Assembly (NCBI GenBank): GCA_026936335.1
Contig: JAPMXV010000061.1
Span: forward strand, 186,001 to 250,000
Direction of reading: 5' to 3'
Length of the DNA stretch: 64,000 bases
DNA from: Mantamonas sphyraenae STR306
Taxonomy: Eukaryota; Protista; CRuMs
Shown: positions 32,596 to 42,621 of the stretch, piece by piece
Numbering within the stretch: position 1 is the first letter of the stretch
How the letters are laid out: each line of letters starts with the position of its first letter
Made by a program: the position numbers and the translations under genes
Notes under the pieces: model-generated
What the model was told of the DNA's origin: nothing
Databases searched by the model: none
What the model saw: only the letters and a program-made list of their open reading frames with translations

Positions 32596-32616
32596 TGTGT
32601 TGGGTTGGCGAGGAAT

Positions 32617-34703
32617 TTACGGACAACTGTTGGCTGCGTTTCCCATCCACTCCACAATCCTGTCCATCACTTCGTCTGGAAGTGTGCTCCACAGTGCGCT
32701 CGGCTCATATCCATCCATGCCACCTGCCTCAAACATCACCTCCCGCTCCTCCCCGTTCATCACCAGAGCCACCTCGATTGCCTCATCCAACTCCTTCCCT
32801 CCCACTATCCAATGCCAGGCCTTTCCCCAGCCCCTTTCGCGTGCCAAGGTGATAGTTGTTCGACGTGGTGTTGCTCCCCACTCTCTCAGCGTCTCCACAA
32901 GTTCATGCTGGCCACTCTCGACAGCAATTTCCAACGCGGTCGCTGCATGGCCCGCCCAGGTGTTGACAGAAACACCCCACTCCAGAAGATCCTCCATGGT
33001 TGCTGTATCCCCTTCAAGGGCTCTATCGAGAAACAAGGACGCCTTCTCCTGGTTGCGCTCGGCAAGCCTGACCACGGCGGCATGACGGATGCCGCGGATG
33101 CCCCAGCAGCTGCGATTTGTCTGCATCGCCTTGGCCAACGCGTCCTTTCCAACCTTTTCGATGTAGGTGCCGTGCAGAAGCAGCAGCTGCAGAGACGTGT
33201 TGTCCGTCAGCGCATTCGCCAGGGCATTGGCAGAGTCGTTTCCGACGCGGTTATTGTTGACGGAGAGCCTCTGTAGGGTGTTGTTCTCACACAATGCGTG
33301 ACAGAGAGGCACCATTGCGCCGTCGCCCAACCCGTTCATGGACAGGTCCAGCTCCTGCAGCGAGCTGTTGCAAGTCAGCGCATCGGCCAACGCCGCTCCT
33401 CCCGTGTCCCCGACGCTGTTGCCGCTGAGTTTCAGCTCCTGAAGGGTGCTGTTCACTCGGAGTGCACCGGCTAGTGCTGTTCCTCCAGTCTCACCGATGG
33501 AGGCCTGTTCCAGGCAGAGCGTGGTCAGTGTTTCGTTTGCCGACAGGGCCTTGCCAAGGGCAGTGGCGCCCGCGTCTCCAATGCTGTTCATGTGAAGGTG
33601 CAGTTCTGCCAGTGTGGTGTTCCTGGTGAGGGCGTTTGCAATTGCAGTGGCTCCTTTGTCGTCGATGTTGTTCTGCGGCAATCTCAGCCTGCGCAAGCCT
33701 TTGTTGTCCGAGAGGGCATTTCCCAGGGCGACGCAGCCGTCTTGTTTGATGTCACACGAGGTGAGGTCCAGGTCCCGCAACGTGTGGTTCCGAGCGAGCG
33801 CCTCCACAAGCGGGGCGACGCCCTCGTCACCAAACTGGCACGAATAGAGGTGGAGGGTGCGCAAGCTGGTGTTGCTGGCCATTGCTTTGGCCAACGCGAC
33901 TGCGCCCTCCACTCCAATGGGGTTGTTGCCCAGGTCCAGCGTGCGCAACGTCGTGTTCACAGCGAGAAAGGTGGCAAGCGACGCCGCTGCTGTCGCATCG
34001 ATGTTGTTGCTGTTGAGACGAAGTTGCTCCAAGTGGTGGTTGCGTCTCATGGCTTTGGCCAGTGAAGCTGCTCCGGTGGGGGTGATCTCATTGCGGCAAA
34101 GGTCAAGCGAGCGCAGGCCGCAGTTCAGTGCAAGCCCCTCCGAGAGGACAATCACCCCTTTCTCACCCAAATCGCACCCGTTCATATCCAGTTTCCGCAG
34201 TGTGCTGTTGTGCTGTAGTGCCATCGCCAGTGCTGTCGCTCCAGCACACCCCAGGAAGTTGAGACTCAAGTTGAGCTCGGTCAGGCAGGTGTTGCCTCGC
34301 AAGGCGTCACCAATGGCAGGTGCCCCGAAAGCGGACACATTGTTTTCGGACACCCGCAGAGCAAGGAGCGAGTTGGAGTTGCGAAGCAGGGCTGCTGCGC
34401 CTTCCGACCCCACGTTGTTTCGATGCAGCGCCAGACGTTTCAGCGTGTGCTCGCTTTGTGAGAGAACTCTTGCCAGAGCGACTGCTCCCTGAGGTTCAAT
34501 CTTGTGAAAGCCAAGCGAGAGAGACTGTACAGCATGCACGGGTGTGGCGATTCGGAAATTTGAGGTGTTAATGAGCGGAGGGGAAGATGGAAGTTTGTGG
34601 AAACAACACTCACTTCGCCAGCAGCTTCCACTGCAATTGCAATGCGTTCAGTGTCCCCTTCCTTGAGGATTTCTGCCCAAGGGATGCTTGCCTGAGAGGT
34701 CAT
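32617..34703 (-). CDS. RNI/NLRC3-type LRR protein with ankyrin repeat and C-terminal F-box-like motif, copy B
   Basis: Exons 34703-34614 and 34524-32617, same intron position as copy A; near-identical C-terminus EVALVMNGEEREVMFEAGGMDGYEPSALWSTLPDEV. Confidence 0.88.
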
Positions 34704-34726
34704 TTGCATTGCTGACCACAGCGCGC

Positions 34727-34905
34727 TTAGGGCACAGAACACAGTGGCTTGCCGTTTCCCATCCACTCCACAACCCTGTCCATCACTTCATCTGGAAGGG
34801 TGCTCCACAGTGCACTCATCCACTCAAGCATGACCTCTCGCTCCTCCCCGTTCATCACCAACGCGACCTCCCGCTCCATCCAATCCAATTCCAGAATTCC
34901 TGCCA
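34727..34905 (-). pseudogene. 3' remnant of a third LRR-ankyrin copy
   Basis: Translates to ..WNWIGW / EVALVMNGEEREVMLEWMSALWSTLPDEVMDRVVEWMGN with an internal deletion and no upstream LRRs. Confidence 0.8.
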
Positions 34906-35007
34906 GGATTGCTGACAGGATTCATCAACAGAGTGAGAGCGAGGGTGAGAGCGAGGGTGAGAGTGAGAGTTGTGTGTGTGATTGGATGGCAGCAAAAAAG
35001 AAAGCAA

Positions 35008-35079
35008 TGCGGTCGCCGAGAATCGAACTCGGGTCGCTTCGGCCACAACGAAGAATCTTAACCACTGGACTACGACCGC
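35008..35079 (-). tRNA. tRNA-His (GUG)
   Basis: Acceptor stem GCGGTCG/CGACCGC plus A73; anticodon arm CTTCG-TTGTGGC-CGAAG; T arm CCGAG-TTCGATT-CTCGG; followed by an oligo-T terminator. Confidence 0.96.
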
Positions 35080-35092
35080 CGAGTTTACGTGG

Positions 35093-35153
35093 GGATTTGC
35101 ATGCATTATGGCATTGGCCAACTGGGATGAGAACTTGACTCTGCGACCTGCCG
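35093..35153 (-). promoter_or_regulatory. Conserved upstream blocks of tRNA-His copy 1
   Basis: TGCCATAATGCATGCAAATCC at -34..-14 and GCAGGTCGCAG further upstream, both shared with copy 2. Confidence 0.55.
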
Positions 35154-35343
35154 GATTGTCTCTTTGGTTGCTTCCCACATAAAGTGCCTCCCGGACACGC
35201 ACGCGAGTGCACCAGCGTTCTCTCTATGCACACACACACAAAGAAACCCATGTTGGTTCCAACCCGCCCCTGTCCCCTCCAGTGCCACACTTTGCGACGG
35301 GGATGGGGCGCGGCATCGGCCAACTGAATTCACAACAACCACG

Positions 35344-36647
35344 ATGCACGCAAAATTTGCTTTTGTTGCAACAACCTTGTTGATTCTGGCTGTGTCTGCT
35401 TCTGCGTACCAAAAGATTGAGCTGAAGAAGTTCAACATCGATCAAACGCAAATGTCCGTATCTGGCCTGTCCTCGGGCGCTTTCATGGCGGTGCAGTACC
35501 ACGTGGCATTTTCCAAGCAGATGATGGGTGCTGGTGTGTTTGCTGGTGGTCCCTACGACTGTAAGTGCGGGTGTGTAGGCCGCCCTGGTGCAGCATGCAC
35601 GCAAAAGCGCCAAAGCGCGTTTTTTTTCGTAGCCAACACCCTTTTCCTCGCCCGCCCACCGCAACCACTGACACATCACACGCATGCGGGGGTGTGTTGT
35701 GTCCCACAGGTGCCCAGGGCCAAGTGGCCACCGCACTGACGACCTGCCTCAAGTTCCCTCTGGGTATTCAGCGTAAGTTGCGAGCGTTTGTGTGAACCTT
35801 CCCTCTTGCGACGTTTTGCAGCTTCAGACACCAACGCAAGGACGACACCCACTCACCGAATTGTGAGCCAACGCCTCGCCCGTGCTGTTTGCGCGTACTG
35901 CCCCCCTCCCTACTGCACACAGTGTCCATGCTGTACAACGTGGTGTCGTCGTCGGCCTCCTCGGGCAAGATCGACGACCCCAGCCACTTGTCCGCTGACC
36001 AGGTGTACCTTTTCAGCGGCACAAAGGACGACGTGGTCGAGCACGGCGTGGTCGAGAAGCTGGAGGAGTTCTACGCGCACTACCTGTCGAGCAGCAACAT
36101 CGAAACGGTGTACAACATCAGCGCCGCCCACGGAATGGTGACTGACTCGTACGGCAACTCGTGCGGCACGTTTGGCAGCCCGTACATCAACAACTGCGAC
36201 TATGACGGAGCAGGAGCACTTCTGCAGCACATCTACGCCGGCAGCCTGCAGCCGCGCACCAACTTTACGGGCAACAAGGACAACCTGTTCCTGTTTGACC
36301 AAACCAAGTACACGGGCAGCCACGCTCGCATGTACAACCAGGGCTTTGTGTATGTGCCCACGGCCTGCCAGCAGGGCGAGGAGTGCAAGCTGCACATCGT
36401 CTTTCACGGCTGCCAGCAGTCCATGCAGGAGATCAACGACCAGTACGCCGCCGACACGGGTTACAACGGTTGGGCCGAGGCCAACAACATCATTGTGCTG
36501 TACCCGCAGACGGAAAAGAGCGGCCTCGACAACCCGCAGGGATGCTGGGACTGGTGGGGGTACACCAACAAGCAGTACTACCTGCAGAGCGGCCCCCAGA
36601 TGGCAGCCGTCCAGGCCATGCAGTCCACGCTGACTGGCGCCAACTGA
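35344..36647 (+). CDS. Secreted poly(3-hydroxybutyrate) depolymerase-like esterase
   Basis: Exons 35344-35560, 35710-35772 and 35923-36647. Signal peptide; VSGLSSGAFMA; GVFAGGPYDC; GTKDDVV; AAHG; LHIVFHGCQQ; NPQGCWDWWGY. Confidence 0.9.
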
Positions 36648-36830
36648 GGATTCTGGTGATGGTAGAACGGGAGGGGGGAGGAAGGGGGGGGGGATCGACC
36701 CTCCATTCCACGGAACGGACCCATAAAGAGCCAGTCCACCACTCACAACGTGACGATTGTGTCGTACCGTGCATGCTGTGCTTTTTCATTCTGCTGCCGC
36801 TACAGCATGTACGCCCATTTGAATGCCGTT

Positions 36831-37442
36831 TCAAAACGTAAAAGAGTACGCAAGCTTGCTGTCCTCAAACGACAGCGCCTGCACGGTAGGACGCTCCACC
36901 CGTTTGACCACGCGGAGATTGATCCTTGACTGCATGCCGGCGGTCTCTTCACACAGCAGCAACGATCCACTGGAGCTGCACGAGGACGACGACGACACAC
37001 TGCTGCTACTGGGTGACATTTCCAGCGCAGAGTGGTACCGCCGCCTGGTGTTGCTCCTGCGTTTGGGCGACGGCGAGCTCATTGCAGTTCGTGTCAGGCT
37101 GTTTTCTTTGTCATCGGCGGAGGACAACGACGCCGAGTGGTTGCCGCTGTCGATGCCCGATTCGAAGCTGCGGCGCCTCTGCGAAGGGGATGCGGTCTCC
37201 CATGTGCGTGTGGTCCGCTTGCCGCGGCTCGACTGTGTCACTGTGCCCTTGCTCGGGGAAGAATTGGTGTTGATGATGTCGGAGGAGGAAGAGGAAGATG
37301 TGGAGGAGGAGGATGTCAAAGTTGACTGCATGCTCGTCTTGCTGGACATGCTACTGGTGGTGCTGTGGCTGGTGCTGTGGCTCGACGTCGAGCTGGATCC
37401 GAGGTCGCTGAAGCGAAAGGAGGGCTTGCTGGTGCGTGACAT
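36831..37442 (-). CDS. Hypothetical Ser/Thr-rich protein
   Basis: Low-complexity ORF MSRTSKPSFRFSDL...LAYSFTF with the caaccATG start context seen at other genes here. Confidence 0.45.
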   Translation of the reverse strand: MSRTSKPSFRFSDLGSSSTSSHSTSHSTTSSMSSKTSMQSTLTSSSSTSSSSSSDIINTNSSPSKGTVTQSSRGKRTTRTWETASPSQRRRSFESGIDSGNHSASLSSADDKENSLTRTAMSSPSPKRRSNTRRRYHSALEMSPSSSSVSSSSSCSSSGSLLLCEETAGMQSRINLRVVKRVERPTVQALSFEDSKLAYSFTF

Positions 37443-38384
37443 GGTTGATGGGGTGGTGATGATGCAACGAGGTGCTGAGGGTGCGACGGTGAATAATGTA
37501 GAGAGTGACTGTCTGAACGCATGCCATGACCGATGTGTGTGTGTACACGGGCGAGTGTGAGTGTGTGTGTGTGTGCATGTGCACGTCCGAGCGCTCGTTG
37601 GGACGCTGTCGCCGCTGGCGCGGTGGCCGTTGCTCAGGCGCGCCTCGCACGTCAGCCGACAACGGTCGTCCCGCCGGCGGCCCTCCTGCTGCGTACACCG
37701 GCTCCATGACGCCGTGGTCATGTCCCCAGACCCAACGATGGAATGTGCCACGCAGTGCCGAGGTTGTTTTTCCATTGTGATGCCAATTGGACATGACACG
37801 GCGGCCCGATGTCCAGGCCGAGGCGCTGGGCGCCAAGACAAGCAACGGCAACGGCAACCGCCACCTCGAAACGGGCAAACCATACACCGGGGACACACAA
37901 TAACCAGATGGCAGATGGCCAACGTGTTTTCTAGCGAGATCCAATGACTATGGCCCGAGTGTACGGCACACACATGGCAGGGACGGCTGGGCGCGAAGAC
38001 CGTTGACGTGTGTCGCGGCTGCCCGACACGCACACATGACCCATGCCCACATGCACTGGGACGCAAGCAGGCGGATCACACATGTGTGGGGACACCTGGG
38101 GAGGCGTGGAAATGATGCAAACAGGCATGTGTGCTGCACGCCGGGAGCCGTTGGAGCAAACGTCACGCGCGCGCGAGCTCGACGCTTGCCGCAGACGCCG
38201 CTGTGGCCGTGGCACCGTGCACACTGCACCGAGCTGACATGCACCCATGCACAAAGACACACACACATGATGCGCGGTGGTGGAGGGACATGCGGATGAA
38301 AGGGAGTGGATGGGACAGTGTTTGTAGGCGCACCTTGTGTTTTTTCGCTTGGCCAACCAGCGCAAATCCAAACGTCTCCCAAAC

Positions 38385-39399
38385 ATGGCCGACGATCAAA
38401 TGCTGGTGCTGGATCCGAGCATCCGAGACTGGGTGTTGATTCCCATCGTGTTGGTCATGTTTCTAATCGGTGTGTTTCGCCACTACTTGTCACAGATCCT
38501 GGCCTCGTTTGGTGGCGGCAGCACGGCAGCACCAGCCAACACCAGTCCACTCAAGGACATGCACAAGGTGCAAGAGGCGCAAACCCTGCTGCGGGCGCAG
38601 CGTCTGCGTTCAAACGCAGCCTACATCCCCAAGGAGAGCTTTCGCAAACGGCTGCTGTATTTCACTGCCGCGCAGTCGGGCGTGCTCAACATGCAGGTGA
38701 GCAGCGGTGGCACAAATCCCCTTTTGGATCCCATGTATTTGGTGGGCTCCATGCGCAAGAACATGGAGATGATTGTGCCCCAGCTGCTCATCATGGCCTG
38801 GGTTTCCTACTTTTTCTCCGGCTTTGTGCTCGGTAAGTGCCCTTTGCAACCAACACAGTGCGTCTCCACACGGTTGTCCATGGTCTTGGTATGCAGTGGC
38901 GGGCGGGCACGGCTGTCAAAAGGGGCTGGTGCGTGCCCCGCGCGTCTTGGCGGTGCATTCAAAGAGGGTCTCCGCGCATAGACGGGTTCGCCACTGACAC
39001 AAACACTGAGCGCACCCGTTGTGACTGCCATGGAAAACGGACCCACCAGTTCGCCTTCCCTTTCCGCTGACAGAGAGGTTCAAGATGATGCTGCAGCGAG
39101 GAATCGAGCTGGATCTGCTGGATGTGTCGTACGTCTCGTCCATGTCGTGGTACTTTCTGGCGCTGATGGGGCTGAGGGGGCTGTTCACTGTGGTGCTGGG
39201 GGAGAGTGCGGCGGTGGACGACCAGCAGGCCATGATGGCGGCGCAGGTCAACCCGCTCCTCGCCGCCGGCCAGCAGCAGGCGGACATGAGCCGGCTTTAT
39301 GCACAAGAGCGGGATAACCTGCTGCTTGTGAAGCACCAGTACCAAGGGTCAGCTGCTGAGGAGCGTGCAGTGACCAAAGCGGTTGGGCGGGAAGGGTGA
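38385..39399 (+). CDS. EMC3: ER membrane protein complex subunit 3
   Basis: Exons 38385-38832 and 39050-39399. [51 protein letters not shown]. Confidence 0.95.
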
Positions 39400-39550
39400 G
39401 CATCTGGGGTTGTGCTTGTGCGTTTCATGGGAAGAGCACACGCACTTCATACATACGCATGCATACACGTTCAAGCGCACCGCGGTGGTGCCAGTGCATT
39501 CGTGTGCGTGTGTGGGAAGCGCTCCATCTTGGAAGAAACAACGAGATATT

Positions 39551-39613
39551 CCAGCAGGTCGCAGCATCAACGAACACATCCAAGTTGCCCATTGCCATAA
39601 TGCATGCAAATCC
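39551..39613 (+). promoter_or_regulatory. Conserved upstream blocks of tRNA-His copy 2
   Basis: Same 21-nt element at -34..-14 and same GCAGGTCGCAG block as copy 1. Confidence 0.55.
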
Positions 39614-39626
39614 TACTGCAAAATCG

Positions 39627-39698
39627 GCGGTCGTAGTCCAGTGGTTAAGATTCTTCGTTGTGGCCGAAGCGACCCGAGTTCGATTCTCGGCGACCGCA
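39627..39698 (+). tRNA. tRNA-His (GUG)
   Basis: Identical 72-nt body to 35008-35079, opposite orientation, followed by an oligo-T run. Confidence 0.96.
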
Positions 39699-39786
39699 TT
39701 CCCTTCTTTTTTTTCGCCCTTCCGTAGCTTCCCTCCCGCTCCATAAGCTCCACACCCACTCTCTCCTCCACGCCTCCACGCCTCCA

Positions 39787-40311
39787 TCAATAATTCCGCT
39801 TCATTGGATCCATCCACACCACCAACTGTCCCTCCACAACCCCAATCTCCCGCAACGTTGCGTCGTTGTCCTTCGCCTCCTTCTTCCACACAATCACCTT
39901 GGCCTCCATCAAGTCTCCAATGCCCCACTTCTCCTTGATATACTCTTTTACCTCTCCCACCCTCATTGTCTCCTCCACCTCCATCTCCACCTCCCCGTCC
40001 CCGAGTGTGGTCGAATACTCCCACAACTTGATCCGCACCTTCCCCTCTCCCTCTCCCTCTCCCTCCTGCTCCGCCGGTACCAACCGCAGCCCCATCCCGT
40101 GCCCGTCTTCGTACCCCATCTCTTCCACCGTCTGACTCTCCTCCACCACCGCCCCGTCCCACCACAACCGCCACTGTTCTTTGTCCTCCTTCTCCAGGCC
40201 GGCTTTTTCCATCACTGCCTCCTTCAGCCACCCCACCGTTGCATCCATCTCCACCCCATCCACCACCGCTACGACCAACGACCACGGAACCTGTGCCACG
40301 ATCCTCATCAC
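39787..40311 (-). CDS. Tandem ubiquitin-like domain protein
   Basis: Two Ubl-like units (ATVGWLKEAV...RLWWDGAVVEESQTVEEMGY; MRVGEVKEYI...DNDATLREIGV); no C-terminal GG. Confidence 0.65.
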   Translation of the reverse strand: MMRIVAQVPWSLVVAVVDGVEMDATVGWLKEAVMEKAGLEKEDKEQWRLWWDGAVVEESQTVEEMGYEDGHGMGLRLVPAEQEGEGEGEGKVRIKLWEYSTTLGDGEVEMEVEETMRVGEVKEYIKEKWGIGDLMEAKVIVWKKEAKDNDATLREIGVVEGQLVVWMDPMKRNY

Positions 40312-40569
40312 TGTTGTTTTCTGTGTTCCGTCCCGGGCACCCTCGAAAGGATGTCCTCCTACTGTATTAATATCGCCAGGACCTCAACTGGAGAACCATT
40401 TCCCAACCCACAACAATGCGCTCTGACTCCAACACCCTCAGCTCAACTCAACCGCACTGCCAAACATCTTTCTTCATTTCATCAATTTTCCCCTACTCGC
40501 CCATCTCCTCCACCACCCTGCCCACTCCTTTCAACCCAACACCCTTCACCAACCTCGCCCTGCCCGTGC

Positions 40570-40800
40570 CAGTCACCACCTTGTCCACACCTCTTAGCTT
40601 GTCCAGCGTCGCCTCGCCTCATCCGTTAGTGCTTTGCGGGGGTACTACACTGCAGGCCCCGCAGTTGATCCAAACTCAGCAAAGGGTCAGCATCAAGCCA
40701 AGTACGCAAAAGATCTTCTTCCGTCGTTCCTATCTTTCGGGGACCTCGCGCACCGCCTCGCTTCTTGGCCGTGGGGCCGTGTAGTACCAGGAGTTCGGGT
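40570..40800 (-). mobile_element. Possible decayed IS630/Tc1-mariner transposase HTH fragment
   Basis: KRGGARGPRKIGTTEEDLLRTWLDADPLLSLDQLR resembles the Tc1/IS630 linker plus HTH. It hits a stop soon after; no DDE domain or TIRs seen. Confidence 0.4.
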
Positions 40801-40997
40801 CCCGCAACGAATTGGCCAGCCATCTCCTGTTCGTACAATGTCACGTTGTCCACCGACAATGCCACGTTGTCCACGGACAACTCTGCCTGAGTTGACATTG
40901 GATTGGAGCCAATGGCGTGGGTGAGCTTGCGTTCTTTTGGATATCAACACCGCGGCCAACTCGCGCCCACACCTCCACACCATTGCAAATCAACTCA

Positions 40998-42245
40998 ATG
41001 ACCCTCCGTGTGCTTTCCTCAATTGGCGCGTTCATGTTCATTGTGACCTTCGCATGTTGTGTGGCTGATCCTCGGCCCACAGTCGTTGACATTGAACAGT
41101 ACACGATCAGCAGCACGACCACGAACACCATCGTCCCGTTGCAATTTGATCTCCTCTCCCATTTTGGTGCGGAGGTCATGCAACCTGGAAACTTTGTGCG
41201 TGGCACGTTCACCGCTTTCGTGCGCTTCGACGTCACTCTGCCACCGGGAAACGTCGGCAACTTCTCCTTGTTCCCAGTCGAGATGCCACCGTGCAATGAC
41301 AACAATGCCCGGGACCAGGCTTCCTATACGGTGGGCTATACCACCAGCGGCAGCATGCTCTACACGCTGTTCCCATGCATCGACACGGCAGGAGAAACAC
41401 CGAGGACCGCATTCCTGAAAGCGCGCTACATCGTGCCAACAGTGCCAAGCGGAAGTTGGAACACCACACTGATAGTGGAGTGGATCTTCAACCCCTATAA
41501 CGGTGTGGAATTGACCCCTGGTGCTCAAGAAACCTCTCTGAGTGTGACAAAAAGCCACGGGAACAGGCTTCCTGCCTTTGTCACACTCAGCCCCCTGCGG
41601 TTCGACACCCCAACAACACAGGGCGCTCTGGTTATCAACATGACCGTGCCCAAAGGGGAGGACTGGCCGTTCTACACCGCCAGCGCGCACATCTACTCGA
41701 AAACCAACGACGTTGGCAGCGTGGCAGGACCACCAGAGCTCATCACCGCATCTGCGCCTTCTGGATCGTTCTGGCAAATACGTTTGGACAGCACCGCTGT
41801 GTCCAAGGACATGTCTCCCCTTGTTTTGGTCATGCAACTGATTCCCGGCATCAGCACACACAAGTCCATGACGATCCGAGCTGGGTTCGAAACCAACTCA
41901 TGCCCACGCAAGTGCCCAACCATTTCTGGTGCCCAATGCAGCTATACTGGAGGGTGCCGCTGCGCGGACAGCAACGAGGTCATGAAATTCGAGGGAGGGA
42001 ACCTCGTTTGTGCTGCCCCTCCTACACCCACACCCACACCCACAGCGACGCCCACAGCGACGCCGAAGCCAGGACTACGTCCAGGTACGGGTGATCCAAA
42101 CACCACAATCGATGTTCTCAGTGTCCTGTTGGCTCTGATCTCCACGGGCTGCGTCGGGCTGGCTGTCGCGCTGTTCCGTATGCGCCGCACGGCATCTCAG
42201 AACGGACACGTGCGCATAAACAGCTACAACGCACTGGAAGAGTAG
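40998..42245 (+). CDS. Type I membrane protein with EGF-like Cys module and PT stalk
   Basis: Signal peptide; CPRKC...CSYTGGCRC...C; PTPTPT stalk; one TM helix; cytosolic YNAL (YxxPhi). Confidence 0.75.
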   Translation: MTLRVLSSIGAFMFIVTFACCVADPRPTVVDIEQYTISSTTTNTIVPLQFDLLSHFGAEVMQPGNFVRGTFTAFVRFDVTLPPGNVGNFSLFPVEMPPCNDNNARDQASYTVGYTTSGSMLYTLFPCIDTAGETPRTAFLKARYIVPTVPSGSWNTTLIVEWIFNPYNGVELTPGAQETSLSVTKSHGNRLPAFVTLSPLRFDTPTTQGALVINMTVPKGEDWPFYTASAHIYSKTNDVGSVAGPPELITASAPSGSFWQIRLDSTAVSKDMSPLVLVMQLIPGISTHKSMTIRAGFETNSCPRKCPTISGAQCSYTGGCRCADSNEVMKFEGGNLVCAAPPTPTPTPTATPTATPKPGLRPGTGDPNTTIDVLSVLLALISTGCVGLAVALFRMRRTASQNGHVRINSYNALEE

Positions 42246-42424
42246 CTGCTTAGCTTTCAATGGGGTGCTTCGATGCAATGTACTTGTTCGTGTATTCCCG
42301 CTCATAGGACAGTACGCAGAGTCTGTAAGGCGCATCATGGCAAGCGCAGTAGCACACAACGCATTTTGGATCATGTTTTTACACTGTACAACTTCGCAAG
42401 GTTTTACTATATATGTATTCCAAC

Positions 42425-42501
42425 GAGAGGGGGGATGAGAGGACCTGAAAGAAGCCAGCGCAATCACCTGGCTTCTTTCAGGTCCTCTCATCTCCCCTCT
42501 C
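42425..42501. repeat. 77-nt inverted repeat: 34-bp arms, 9-nt loop, one G/T mismatch
   Basis: gagaggggggatgagaggacctgaaagaagccag-cgcaatcac-ctggcttctttcaggtcctctcatctcccctctc. Confidence 0.92.
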
Positions 42502-42621
42502 ACTTGTCGGACACATCACATCTTCCCCTCCCCCCTCAACCCTCCTTCCCCATCCCTCCAGCATTGCACCCACTGCACCCCATCACAGCCTGCGAAATGC
42601 AACGCGGTCAACTGCAACACA

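Noticed and set aside
37500-38380. Cys/His-rich ORFs in the long intergenic region
   Set aside because: Products of CA/TG microsatellite-rich non-coding DNA.
40758-40786. U2 snRNA 5'-like string tcgcttcttggcc-gtgg-ggcc-gtgtagta
   Set aside because: Lacks the AAGAUCA segment, the downstream stems and an Sm site; probably coincidental.
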